Shown here piece by piece: positions 52,301 to 60,426 of a DNA stretch of 64,000 bases (within the stretch, counting starts at the first letter, position 1; every line of letters begins with the position of its first letter). The position numbers and the translations under genes are program-made. Source of the stretch: a virus. Its lineage: Duplodnaviria > Heunggongvirae > Uroviricota > Caudoviricetes. The notes beneath the pieces were generated by a model, which was not told where the DNA came from, ran no database searches, and saw only the letters and a program-made list of their open reading frames with translations. The stretch lies in the IMG/VR virus record IMGVR_UViG_3300032093_000003; one strand, given 5' to 3'.

Positions 52301-52837
52301 TGGAGTACTAGTTGCAGTTGGTGTTGGAGTACTAGTTGCAGTTGGTGTTGGAGTACTAGTTGCTGTTGGAGTACTAGTTGCGGTTGGGGTTGGTGTAATT
52401 GTGGGTGTTGGGGTTAATGTCGGGCTAGGTGTTGGTGTCGGAATGGCAATACTTAAATAATGAGTTTCTCCCGATATTCCAACATATGTATATATATGAT
52501 TACTTAGTATTATATGAGAATAGATATATTCAGGAACATTAAAATGTGTTACAAATTCATTGTAGTTAAATGTTACAGATAAACCGGAATATATATAATT
52601 AGGATTATTTATCGTATTATCTATCTCAACAAGTGTTATTGTTAAGGTATTACTACTAAAATTTTCTAAACTATCGTCTATTTTTAATGAATTATAAAAA
52701 ATTGGACCACTAAAATCAAGTACCTCTTTATTGTAATCATTACCTATTTTTGATAATTCATAATCGTAATATTCTGAGCTATCCAATTTAACATCTAATC
52801 TAGACCCAAAAAACTTTAAAATGTTCTGATTATTCAT
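49385..52837 (-). CDS. Large mucin-like Pro/Thr-rich virion scaffold protein
   Basis: Four long [14 protein letters not shown] tracts separating globular segments and 'T(E/K)E(N/D)G' peptide motifs. Confidence 0.75.
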   Translation of the reverse strand: MNNQNILKFFGSRLDVKLDSSEYYDYELSKIGNDYNKEVLDFSGPIFYNSLKIDDSLENFSSNTLTITLVEIDNTINNPNYIYSGLSVTFNYNEFVTHFNVPEYIYSHIILSNHIYTYVGISGETHYLSIAIPTPTPSPTLTPTPTITPTPTATSTPTATSTPTPTATSTPTPTATSTPTATSTPTATSTPTATSTPTATSTPTATSTPTPTETSTPTPTETSTPTPTETSTPTPTETSTPTPTETSTPTPTETSTPTPTETSTPTPTETSTPTPTPTPTILNCYCYLANNTFPSSSFVTYLDCLTSSPITIEVSGNSQVYFCASSVIDDEGGITTNIGTCIGVVSGENDIIITTEDGSIIYTEINDCTPPTPTLPPTPSIQNIVWEYFINTGVTEGQIITTTQSHDVSVSYSGSGIVSKESAQFTDCLTCTDVTQPSTGITYLVEGPNQLTFTFNPQITDALLGVWSLGSPTQTQTFFTDVDFVNFDPCYPTCFNGLIVDPINKKISSNEGYGVIRFPGTHSQITLTFTGIEFRTNLLWGIFGAEPGPIPTPTPTATSTPTPTATETPTPTPTETSTPTPTATETPTPTPTETSTPTPTPTETSTPTPTPTETPTPTETPTPTPTPTLPLCEIIVEGENGNLITTENGDYIIFEDGNCGTIIIESEHTEGSIISNYNTYIFQQYDFDISLNFDEVLYTTTGSPIINNVTLLLSSGTTSGTTQIVTNGNYNELTLESQFENITVNTTGGTLSGFTISTNYVYVTIPTPTPTATPTPTPSPTPTETITPTPTETPTPTETSTPTPTETPTPTETPTPTETSTPTPTETPTPTETPTPTETSTPTPTPTETSTPTPTPTETSTPTPTETSTPTPTETSTPTPTPTETSTPTPTATETPTPTATETPTPTETPTPTETSTPTPTETPTPTPIETCEKLLTKEDGFYVLTENSDYISLEQDECPDPTPSPTPTETSTPTPTETPTETPTPTETSTPTPTETPTPTETSTPTPTETSTPTPTETPTPTETPTPTETSTPTPTETPTETSTPTPTETPTETSTPTPTETSTPTPTETPTETSTPTPTETSTPTPTETSTPTPTETPTPTPTPTPTSTSVPEDYLSTEGSDNILTENSDFLIIDSTVNTLFIFIPNL
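49505..50540 (-). repeat. Coding tandem repeats (18/24-bp units encoding [14 protein letters not shown]), interrupted by a short motif at about 49960-50050
   Basis: Repeated GGTGTACTAGTTTC(T/A)GTTGG(T/C)GT units. Confidence 0.9.
50950..51190 (-). repeat. Coding Pro/Thr tandem repeats
   Basis: Same unit family as the other tracts. Confidence 0.85.
52000..52440 (-). repeat. Coding Pro/Thr tandem repeats ([14 protein letters not shown])
   Basis: Repeated GGAGTACTAGTTGCAGTT and GGTGTACTAGTTTC units. Confidence 0.9.
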
Positions 52838-52842
52838 ATTTT

Positions 52843-52875
52843 AATAAATATCTTTCGAAACGTTTGATATTTATA
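52843..52875. promoter_or_regulatory. Back-to-back divergent GATATTTAT promoter motifs at the strand switch
   Basis: Minus-strand copy at 52843-52852 (GATATTTATT) before 52837; plus-strand copy at 52866-52875 (GATATTTATA) before 52891. Confidence 0.6.
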
Positions 52876-52890
52876 TAAAAAACTGTATTG

Positions 52891-53637
52891 ATGAATAATT
52901 TTATAAAACAAGTTATTGAAGAGAAATTTCTGTCTAAAAAACAACAAAGATTTTTTTATGCAAAAACTTCCGATAAATCTTTACCAAAGAAAGAAAGAAA
53001 GAAATGGTCAAAGTGGGCTAAAGAGTTTTCAGATAAGACAGATTTCAAAAAACTACCTGATGAAGTAAAAGAAAAGGACATCGAAGAAATCGTTGATGGG
53101 TTAGGTAATATTGGTAGAAGTAAAAAATCTAATAATTTTAATACCAAAGGTATCACATCAAATTCAATAACAGATAAAGTGGTTAAAATGGGTGCAGGTA
53201 CAATGGGTACACATGGTGTACATGGTACACACACATCTTTAAGATATTGGGCCGAATCTGATATGAGTAAATCACTTGGATTTGATAAAACCATGGGAGT
53301 AGACGCATCATATGAAGACGCTGAAGACCACTTTGAAGATGAATTAGGTTTAGAACCAGAAGAGGCAAAAGATAGATTAGACCAAATGGGTTATGATAAA
53401 AAATTAAAAGACGATAAAGTAAGATTGGTTGAAAACCCTAAAAAATTTATTGAGGAGTATATTGATAATATTTTAAGTAAAAAAAACCAATCAAATGATA
53501 TCCTTTCAAATAAAGAAATTAATCCTATTATTTTAAAACAAATAAAAGCTTTAAAAAATAGTATGAATAGTAATAATTTATCGATGGAAACAATTGTAAA
53601 ATATCTATCCGATGATGTTGTTAACTTTAAAAAATAA
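52891..53637 (+). CDS. Hypothetical protein (possible internal head protein)
   Basis: Lys/Glu-rich; ATG at 52891 preferred over TTG at 52888. Confidence 0.7.
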   Translation: MNNFIKQVIEEKFLSKKQQRFFYAKTSDKSLPKKERKKWSKWAKEFSDKTDFKKLPDEVKEKDIEEIVDGLGNIGRSKKSNNFNTKGITSNSITDKVVKMGAGTMGTHGVHGTHTSLRYWAESDMSKSLGFDKTMGVDASYEDAEDHFEDELGLEPEEAKDRLDQMGYDKKLKDDKVRLVENPKKFIEEYIDNILSKKNQSNDILSNKEINPIILKQIKALKNSMNSNNLSMETIVKYLSDDVVNFKK

Positions 53638-54131
53638 TGAATAAAGATCTAAAAGGTAGGATATTTGATATACCACAAAATATTTTAGATAAGATTAATC
53701 ACACAATTGTTGGTCTTAATGGTAAACATGCACATGGATTAAATAGGGCAAAAAAGTTACTTTCAGATAAAAAAGTAAAATATGGTCAATTAAAAAGAAT
53801 AATACACGATATTCAAAATACAGATAAAATAAAAGATAGAACTAAATATGATTTATGTGGTGGTGACTTGATGAAAGAATGGAGTAGAAAATTTTTAGAT
53901 GGTGAAAGAGATTTAGTGGGTAAAAGAAAAGATTCTAAAAAAAGAGCGGACGATATAGGTGGTCTAACTGGAAGTAGAAAAAATAGTCATTTAAAGAAAC
54001 ATACTAAAAGATTTGGGTTCAAAATCCCTGTAAATTTAATAAAAAGTAATTCAAATAAAAGTTCAATTTCACCAATAACATCTTTAAAGTTATTTGAAGA
54101 AATTGAAAAAATAAAAAAATTAATGTTATAA
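53637..54131 (+). CDS. Hypothetical basic protein
   Basis: Very Lys-rich; C-terminal 'LFEEIEKIKKLML'. Confidence 0.7.
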   Translation: MNKDLKGRIFDIPQNILDKINHTIVGLNGKHAHGLNRAKKLLSDKKVKYGQLKRIIHDIQNTDKIKDRTKYDLCGGDLMKEWSRKFLDGERDLVGKRKDSKKRADDIGGLTGSRKNSHLKKHTKRFGFKIPVNLIKSNSNKSSISPITSLKLFEEIEKIKKLML

Positions 54132-54132
54132 T

Positions 54133-54792
54133 ATGCCAACACAATTAGAAATTATCGCAAACCAACAAAGAGTTGAACATTTGGCAAGAAATGAATACAA
54201 CTATTCAGACTTATATTCTTCAGTAAACACGAGAGCTTTATCTGATGGTGATGAAGCGGGTAAAGGTGAAAATAATGGTTCTATTGGTTCTTTGACAGAC
54301 ATCAACACAAGAAACGATTTAAAAGGTAGAAACATATATAATGAAAACAATGGTTATTCATCGGTAAACACAAGAGCATTATCCGATGGTGATGAACCAG
54401 GTAAAGGAGAGAATAATGGTAATGTTGGTGGACAAACAGATATATTAACAAGGGTCGATAACACCGGTAGAAATTTATATTCACCTAATAATCAATATTC
54501 TTCAGTAAACACGAGGGCTTTATCTGATGGTGACGAAGCGGGTAAAGGTGAAAACAACGGTTCTATCGGGGGTCAAACAGATATTTTCACAAGAGTTGAT
54601 AATACTGGCAGAAACTTATATTCCCCTAATAATCAATATTCTTCAGTAAACACAAGAGCATTATCTGATGGTGACGAAGCGGGTAAGGGGGAGAATAATG
54701 GATCTGTAGGTTCATTAACAGATATAAACATAAGAGTAGATAATACAGGTAGGAACATTTACGGACTAACAAGACAATATCCTGATTTCTAA
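54133..54792 (+). CDS. Repeat protein, 4 x 47-aa units
   Basis: Unit YSSVNTRALSDGDE(A/P)GKGENNG..G..TDI..R....RN.Y.... Confidence 0.8.
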   Translation: MPTQLEIIANQQRVEHLARNEYNYSDLYSSVNTRALSDGDEAGKGENNGSIGSLTDINTRNDLKGRNIYNENNGYSSVNTRALSDGDEPGKGENNGNVGGQTDILTRVDNTGRNLYSPNNQYSSVNTRALSDGDEAGKGENNGSIGGQTDIFTRVDNTGRNLYSPNNQYSSVNTRALSDGDEAGKGENNGSVGSLTDINIRVDNTGRNIYGLTRQYPDF

Positions 54793-55679
54793 TGAAAATA
54801 AAAAAAATATTATTTAATCTTTTAAATGAACAGGTCGTTCTTCAAAGTACAAGAACGAAACCAATTGTTAATGCAATTAAAAATAGGAATCCGATTACAT
54901 TTTATTATTCTGGACCAAGAAAACCTAAAAAAGATAGTGTAAAACCAGGTAACAGAATAAAAGGTGAGGCAGTCGCAATAGGGTTAAATAAAAAAGGTAA
55001 TTTAGTTATTAGAATGTGGGTCCAACCCCCATCAGTATCAAAAAGAGGATTTGAGGAACATGGTTGGAGAACATTTATGGTTTCAAGAATGAGTAATATA
55101 CAAATATTAACAAACGAAAAGTTTGACACAAAAAGACCACAATATAAAGAAGGTGATGACGGTAGTATGAGTGTCACATATGTTACATCCGATTGGACAT
55201 CAACACCACCAGTATCTAAAAAACCAGAAATAAAACAACCCCAACAACCAACTAATTTACCACAACCTAAACCAGAAGAAAAACCAACTAAAAAACCTGA
55301 ACAATTACCACAACCTAAACCAGAAGAAAAACCAACTAAAGAACCTGAAATAGTTAGTACAACAAAATATGACGTTGATGTTTATACTACACTAAAACCG
55401 AAAATAAAAGATATTAATGGTAAAAAAGTGGTTTCAACACAAGATTATCAAAATTCATTAAATGATCTTTATAAGAAAAAAGAAACAGAATGGATTGATA
55501 ATCAGAAAAAAATTGGCGGGAACATAAGGCCAGGTGAGGGAACAAGAAATAAATTTAAAAAAGATTCTAAATTCGAATTAGATAAGTTATTGTCTAATGA
55601 CAAGATAGAAGTTTCGGACGAACAAGAAACACAACTTAATGAAACTATAAAAAGATTTAAATCTTTAATTTTTTATTAA
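54792..55679 (+). CDS. WYL-like domain protein with Pro-rich linker
   Basis: 'AIKNRNPITFYY...R...AIG....LVIRMW...GWRTFMVSRMSNI' WYL pattern, then QLPQPKPEEKPTK repeats. Confidence 0.7.
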   Translation: MKIKKILFNLLNEQVVLQSTRTKPIVNAIKNRNPITFYYSGPRKPKKDSVKPGNRIKGEAVAIGLNKKGNLVIRMWVQPPSVSKRGFEEHGWRTFMVSRMSNIQILTNEKFDTKRPQYKEGDDGSMSVTYVTSDWTSTPPVSKKPEIKQPQQPTNLPQPKPEEKPTKKPEQLPQPKPEEKPTKEPEIVSTTKYDVDVYTTLKPKIKDINGKKVVSTQDYQNSLNDLYKKKETEWIDNQKKIGGNIRPGEGTRNKFKKDSKFELDKLLSNDKIEVSDEQETQLNETIKRFKSLIFY

Positions 55680-55711
55680 AAAATAATATATTATATAAAA
55701 TATTTAATATT

Positions 55712-56311
55712 ATGTCAGGGAGAGGAACAGTATCGGAAAACGATTTAATGTATAAATTGGTTAACGCCAAAAAAGTAATGAATAAAGTAGAGACAGGATC
55801 TTATCAAAGAGGTAATGTAAATGAAGAAATTTTAAGATCTTCACCAGAAGAAATAATTTCAAATAAACAAATGACGAATCAACCAATATCTAATCAATCT
55901 CATTTGAAACCTGTTAACTCAAATTTGAATGTTGATAAAATCAACCAATCCAAATTACCTGATGCAATTAAAAAAGCAATGATTGAAAATCCAATACCTC
56001 AAATATCTTTAAACGACACGATAGATATGAATTTTGTTCAAGGAGCAAAAAGATTAATGGAACGTGAAGGTATGATATCAAAAAAACCAAAATCACAACC
56101 ACAACAAGTGATTAATGAATCATATGTGTCTTCAGATTTAATATCACAATTAACACCAATAATTGAAAATACAATTAGAAAAGTTTTAGACGAAAAATTA
56201 AATCAATTACTTACAGCACAACAAACAGCAAGTATTAATGAAAACTTGGTATTAAAAGTAGGTGACTCCATTTTTAAAGGAAAAATAACTGGAGTAAATA
56301 AGTCAAAATAA
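55712..56311 (+). CDS. Hypothetical protein
   Basis: 199 aa ORF in operon. Confidence 0.75.
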   Translation: MSGRGTVSENDLMYKLVNAKKVMNKVETGSYQRGNVNEEILRSSPEEIISNKQMTNQPISNQSHLKPVNSNLNVDKINQSKLPDAIKKAMIENPIPQISLNDTIDMNFVQGAKRLMEREGMISKKPKSQPQQVINESYVSSDLISQLTPIIENTIRKVLDEKLNQLLTAQQTASINENLVLKVGDSIFKGKITGVNKSK

Positions 56312-56359
56312 TTTGTTTTTTCATTTTTTTTTCGTATAATTTAGACATATAATATTAAT

Positions 56360-57580
56360 ATGTCAAAAATTAAAATTTTAGCAATTCCATCCGATTCATT
56401 TGGTGTAGGTAAATTCAGGATGTTAGATCCATATAAATTTATTGGTGATAATTATACAGATGAGATACATGTAGACATCGTATATAATGTTCAAAACATT
56501 GACGACGCTTTCAAAGATTACAATATTGTTATTTTCCACTCTTTTATTCACCAATTACCACATGAAGTCAATATTGCAAGAATTAATTGGTTAAAACAAA
56601 GAGGTGTAAAAGTTATAATGGATATTGATGATTTATGGTATGTTGATCATAGACATCCTTTATATTATCACATAATGAAAGAAAAGATCGGTGATAAAAA
56701 AATTCAGATGTTAAAATTGGTTGACTATGTGACAACAACAACACCAATTTTTGCTAAAACAATAAAAGAAAAATTAGGTATTAAAAATGTAGAAATTTTT
56801 CCAAACGCAGTTAACCCAGAAGAAAAACAATTTCAACCAAATCCAATATCATCAGATAAAATAAAGTTTGGTTGGCTCGGAGGATCAACACACTTACACG
56901 ATTTAGATTTATTAAGAAATGGTATATCAAGTTTACATTATTCACATAGAGGAAAAGTACAATTTGTTTTGTGTGGATTTGACTTGAGGGGTACAATGAC
57001 CGAAGTAAATAAAATGACAGGGGAAGTTGTTAGGAGAGACATCAAACCAATGGAAACGGTTTGGTATGAATATGAAAAAATATTCACAGACAATTATACA
57101 ATATTAGATGAACAATATAAAAACTTTTTATTAACATTTGTTAAAACAGATCAGTATTTTTCTGAGATGCCTTATATTAGAAGGTGGACAGAAGATGTTA
57201 GTGAGTATGGTAAAAATTATAACTATTTTGACGTTTCTTTAGTACCTTTAGTTGAAAATGTTTTTAACACAAACAAATCACAACTTAAAGTTATTGAGGC
57301 GGGATTTCACAAAAAAGCAATCATTGCAAATGAAAGTTTACCATATACATTAGATTTAAAATCGGCCTTTAATGATGGTAAGTTTAATGAAACGGGAAAT
57401 GCTCTTTTTGTGTCTCAAAACAAAAATCACAAACAATGGGCACAACAAATGAAAAGATTGGCCGATAATCCAAATATGATTACAGATTTAGGTGAAAAAT
57501 TATATGAAACAGTTAAAGACAAATATTCATTACAGAAAGTTTCTAAAGATAGAGTTGAGTTCTTAAAATCAATAATATAA
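56360..57580 (+). CDS. Glycosyltransferase, GT-B fold (GT4-like)
   Basis: 'MDIDDLW', 'FGWLGGSTHLHDL', 'DVSLVPL...NKSQLKVIEAG'. Confidence 0.85.
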   Translation: MSKIKILAIPSDSFGVGKFRMLDPYKFIGDNYTDEIHVDIVYNVQNIDDAFKDYNIVIFHSFIHQLPHEVNIARINWLKQRGVKVIMDIDDLWYVDHRHPLYYHIMKEKIGDKKIQMLKLVDYVTTTTPIFAKTIKEKLGIKNVEIFPNAVNPEEKQFQPNPISSDKIKFGWLGGSTHLHDLDLLRNGISSLHYSHRGKVQFVLCGFDLRGTMTEVNKMTGEVVRRDIKPMETVWYEYEKIFTDNYTILDEQYKNFLLTFVKTDQYFSEMPYIRRWTEDVSEYGKNYNYFDVSLVPLVENVFNTNKSQLKVIEAGFHKKAIIANESLPYTLDLKSAFNDGKFNETGNALFVSQNKNHKQWAQQMKRLADNPNMITDLGEKLYETVKDKYSLQKVSKDRVEFLKSII

Positions 57581-57599
57581 AAATTAAAATTAAAAAAAC

Positions 57600-57830
57600 A
57601 TGCATTATTTAGTAACTATCGGTTATGAAACCGAACAAATGGACAGAAACGGAAATCCAAGACTTCAAAAATTGAAATACATTGTTGAAGCAGAATCAGT
57701 TGAAGAGGCTACTCTCGTTGCTTCAAAGTATAGATCGGGAGATGTTAGATCTAGTGAAAGTATTTCAATTGTAAAAATGCCAATTGAATGTATTATCGAC
57801 AAGAAAAACACACCTGAATACTATAAATAA
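57600..57830 (+). CDS. Small hypothetical protein (DUF4494-like)
   Basis: 'YLVTIGYE...KYIVEAESVEEA' pattern. Confidence 0.55.
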   Translation: MHYLVTIGYETEQMDRNGNPRLQKLKYIVEAESVEEATLVASKYRSGDVRSSESISIVKMPIECIIDKKNTPEYYK

Positions 57831-57836
57831 AATATA

Positions 57837-58079
57837 ATGGAATTTTATAGTAAAGATATCCAAATTTTGAGACAGTCTCAAAGTAAACTTGCTTTGGAGT
57901 ATTTTAATTCTATGGGTATAATATTATCTGTTGAAGAGTTACAAAGAGTTACAGATGTATTTGTTGAATGTTGTTTAAGACCGTCAGATAATGATTTAAA
58001 AAATAGAATCAAATTACTTGATAAATGGATATTAGATAAACAACAACAAATGAAATTATTATTAGAAGAAAAAAAATAA
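57837..58079 (+). CDS. Hypothetical protein
   Basis: 80 aa ORF in operon. Confidence 0.65.
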   Translation: MEFYSKDIQILRQSQSKLALEYFNSMGIILSVEELQRVTDVFVECCLRPSDNDLKNRIKLLDKWILDKQQQMKLLLEEKK

Positions 58080-58084
58080 ATTAT

Positions 58085-58687
58085 ATGGAAAAACAACAAA
58101 TTGAAGACTATATTAAAAGATTACAACAATTAGAGTCTGACATGAGTGGTGGTGAAGAAGATATAGATCACGATTTTATACAGGATTTAGATAAATTATT
58201 AAAAAATCTAAGTACAGATATCGGATCTTCTTTTGGTCCACAATCATTAAAAATTCCTGTTAGGTTTAAAAAATTACACAATTTGGCAGTCACCCCTAGA
58301 TATTCTAAAGATGGTGATGCTGGCATGGACCTAACAATTACCGATATTATATCAGAAACAAAAAGTGATGTAACATACGGATTCGGAATTGCAATAGAAA
58401 TCCCAAAAGGATATGTCGGATTATTATTTCCGAGATCGTCAATTCGTAAATACGATTTAGCATTAACTAATTGTGTTGGTGTTATTGATAGTGGGTATAG
58501 GGGTGAAATACAAGCAACTTTTAAAAAAACAAGTTGGTTAAAAGGTGAATCATCAGAAAAATACAATGTGGGTGAAAGAGGTGCTCAAATTATTATATTA
58601 CCGTATCCACAAATAGAGTTTATTGAAACCGATAATTTATCGGAAACTGAAAGAGGTGGAGGTGGATTTGGTAGTTCAGGATTGTAG
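58085..58687 (+). CDS. dut: Trimeric dUTPase with N-terminal acidic helical extension
   Basis: 'GDAGMDL', 'PRSS', 'GVIDSGYRGEI', 'AQIII', 'TERGGGGFGSSG'. Confidence 0.95.
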   Translation: MEKQQIEDYIKRLQQLESDMSGGEEDIDHDFIQDLDKLLKNLSTDIGSSFGPQSLKIPVRFKKLHNLAVTPRYSKDGDAGMDLTITDIISETKSDVTYGFGIAIEIPKGYVGLLFPRSSIRKYDLALTNCVGVIDSGYRGEIQATFKKTSWLKGESSEKYNVGERGAQIIILPYPQIEFIETDNLSETERGGGGFGSSGL

Positions 58688-58726
58688 TATATTTATAATT
58701 AAAATAAATAATTTAAAACTAAAAAA

Positions 58727-59449
58727 TTGACAGTTAAAAAAAACACGAGAGCAAAATCAGAACCTCTTATTGAAAAAAAATTAACAGCAAAAGAAAAAAT
58801 AAGATCTTTGGTTAAAAAACCAAAAGAAAAGTTTTTAACCAAATCTCAGGAAGAATATTGGAATATTTTAGGTAATAACCAAATAACCTTTTGTTTTGGT
58901 CCTGCGGGTGTTGGTAAATCATATATCGCAATGAAAAGAGCAGTTGATTTACTTTGGGAAGAAGACAACAAATATGAAAAAATAATAATTGTTAGACCCG
59001 CAGTTGAAGCTGAAGAAAAATTAGGTTCATTACCTGGTGGTATGGAGGAAAAATTAGATCCATATATCTATCCTTCATATTATCTTTTAAATAAAATAAT
59101 CGGTAAAGAAGCAAGGGAAAAATTAAAAGACGAAGGTATAATTGAAGTTGCTGCTCTTGCTTATATGAGAGGATGGAATGTTGATAACACGATCTTAGTT
59201 TTTGAGGAGGCACAAAACGCAACACCGTCTCAAATAAAGTTGTTAATCACTCGTATCGGTTATAATTCCAAATTTTTTATATCTGGAGATCTTGAACAAT
59301 CCGACAAATATAAAGATAAAACAAAATCAGGATTGTACGATGCTAAAAGAAGATTGGAAGGTGTAAAAGATATTGGACTATATGAATTCGGTAAAGAAGA
59401 CATTGTTAGAAATCCATTAATTGGTGAAATATTAAAAAGATACGACTAA
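58727..59449 (+). CDS. phoH: PhoH-like ATPase
   Basis: 'GPAGVGKS', 'RPAVE', 'LGSLPG', 'AYMRG', 'EEAQN', 'GDLEQSD', 'VRNPL'; TTG start. Confidence 0.95.
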   Translation: MTVKKNTRAKSEPLIEKKLTAKEKIRSLVKKPKEKFLTKSQEEYWNILGNNQITFCFGPAGVGKSYIAMKRAVDLLWEEDNKYEKIIIVRPAVEAEEKLGSLPGGMEEKLDPYIYPSYYLLNKIIGKEAREKLKDEGIIEVAALAYMRGWNVDNTILVFEEAQNATPSQIKLLITRIGYNSKFFISGDLEQSDKYKDKTKSGLYDAKRRLEGVKDIGLYEFGKEDIVRNPLIGEILKRYD

Positions 59450-59469
59450 CAATAAAGTCGTTTTTGCAC

Positions 59470-59509
59470 AATAAACCCATACTCTTTATTATAAAAGTAT
59501 GGGTTTATT
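59470..59509 (+). terminator. Hairpin terminator after phoH
   Basis: AATAAACCCATACT / AGTATGGGTTTATT 14-bp stem. Confidence 0.6.
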
Positions 59510-59511
59510 AT

Positions 59512-59540
59512 TTACTTAAAAAAATTTTATTATTATATTT
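59512..59540 (+). promoter_or_regulatory. Possible host-type promoter (TTTACT-N17-TATATT)
   Basis: Spacing counted by eye upstream of 59546. The AT-rich context makes a chance match possible. Confidence 0.3.
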
Positions 59541-59545
59541 TAAGT

Positions 59546-60193
59546 ATGGAAATATTTGTAAGTGTTGATGGTGTATTAAGAAACACAATTCAAAAATTGG
59601 ATTACCATTATAAAGATTTTTATTTTGATTCTGATGTAGAAAATACCGAAAACACAACAGAATTCAAATACGATGTTATTGAACCAGTTTATAATGATAA
59701 TTTATTAAATCATTATAAATTTCAATCTAAAGAAGAATTTGAACATTTTCTTTTTATTGAATTTCCAATAGAAATTTTCGGTCACGCATCCACAAGTTAT
59801 CAAGGTGTTTTTACGGATTTAAATAAAATTATTTATGAAAATAAAGAACATAATATAACAATTGTCGGACTTGATGAATTAGGTAAATCTAAACCCGGAA
59901 CTTTATTCTTTTTATCTAAAAATGGATTTATGGGTAATAACATAAAATTCATAAGGAGTGAAGACATTAAAGATATGTGGGAAAAATGTGATTATTGGAT
60001 CACAGACAATGAAAAAATTATTATAGAATGTCCAAAAGAAAAAACCGTAATTAAATTTAACACATCTTACAATCAATACTTTACAAATAAAAAAGAAATA
60101 ACTAAATTAATACAAATCGAAGAATTATGCTCGAAATTTTTGGAAAAGAATACTACATCGACATTGATAGAATCACAGAAGAATGTAGAATAG
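59546..60193 (+). CDS. HAD-like 5'(3')-deoxyribonucleotidase-like protein
   Basis: 'VSVDGVL' motif I variant, 'WITDN', 'FNTSYN'. Confidence 0.6.
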   Translation: MEIFVSVDGVLRNTIQKLDYHYKDFYFDSDVENTENTTEFKYDVIEPVYNDNLLNHYKFQSKEEFEHFLFIEFPIEIFGHASTSYQGVFTDLNKIIYENKEHNITIVGLDELGKSKPGTLFFLSKNGFMGNNIKFIRSEDIKDMWEKCDYWITDNEKIIIECPKEKTVIKFNTSYNQYFTNKKEITKLIQIEELCSKFLEKNTTSTLIESQKNVE

Positions 60194-60426
60194 AAGTTAA
60201 AGAAAATTCAAATCAGAATGATGAAAATTCTGAAGAAGATACACAAACAATAAATATTTTTAAATATGAACTTTTAAAAATATTCATTGAGAGAATATTA
60301 GGCGAGAATTTTGAAGATGATGAAACAATTGGATCATTTGGGTCGGAAACCACAACATTATCATTTAAAATAGCTTTTAACACTTTAATAAAAAATCAAA
60401 TTTTAATCGAAAACGAAGATGAGTAA
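60127..60426 (+). CDS. Hypothetical protein
   Basis: 99 aa acidic ORF in operon. Confidence 0.7.
   Translation: MLEIFGKEYYIDIDRITEECRIEVKENSNQNDENSEEDTQTINIFKYELLKIFIERILGENFEDDETIGSFGSETTTLSFKIAFNTLIKNQILIENEDE

Noticed and set aside
54190-54780. Regularly spaced ~60-bp conserved DNA blocks with variable intervals, superficially CRISPR-like
   Set aside because: Period is 141 bp (a multiple of 3), variation is mostly at wobble positions, the intervals are homologous to each other, and the whole region is one open reading frame. No cas genes are present.
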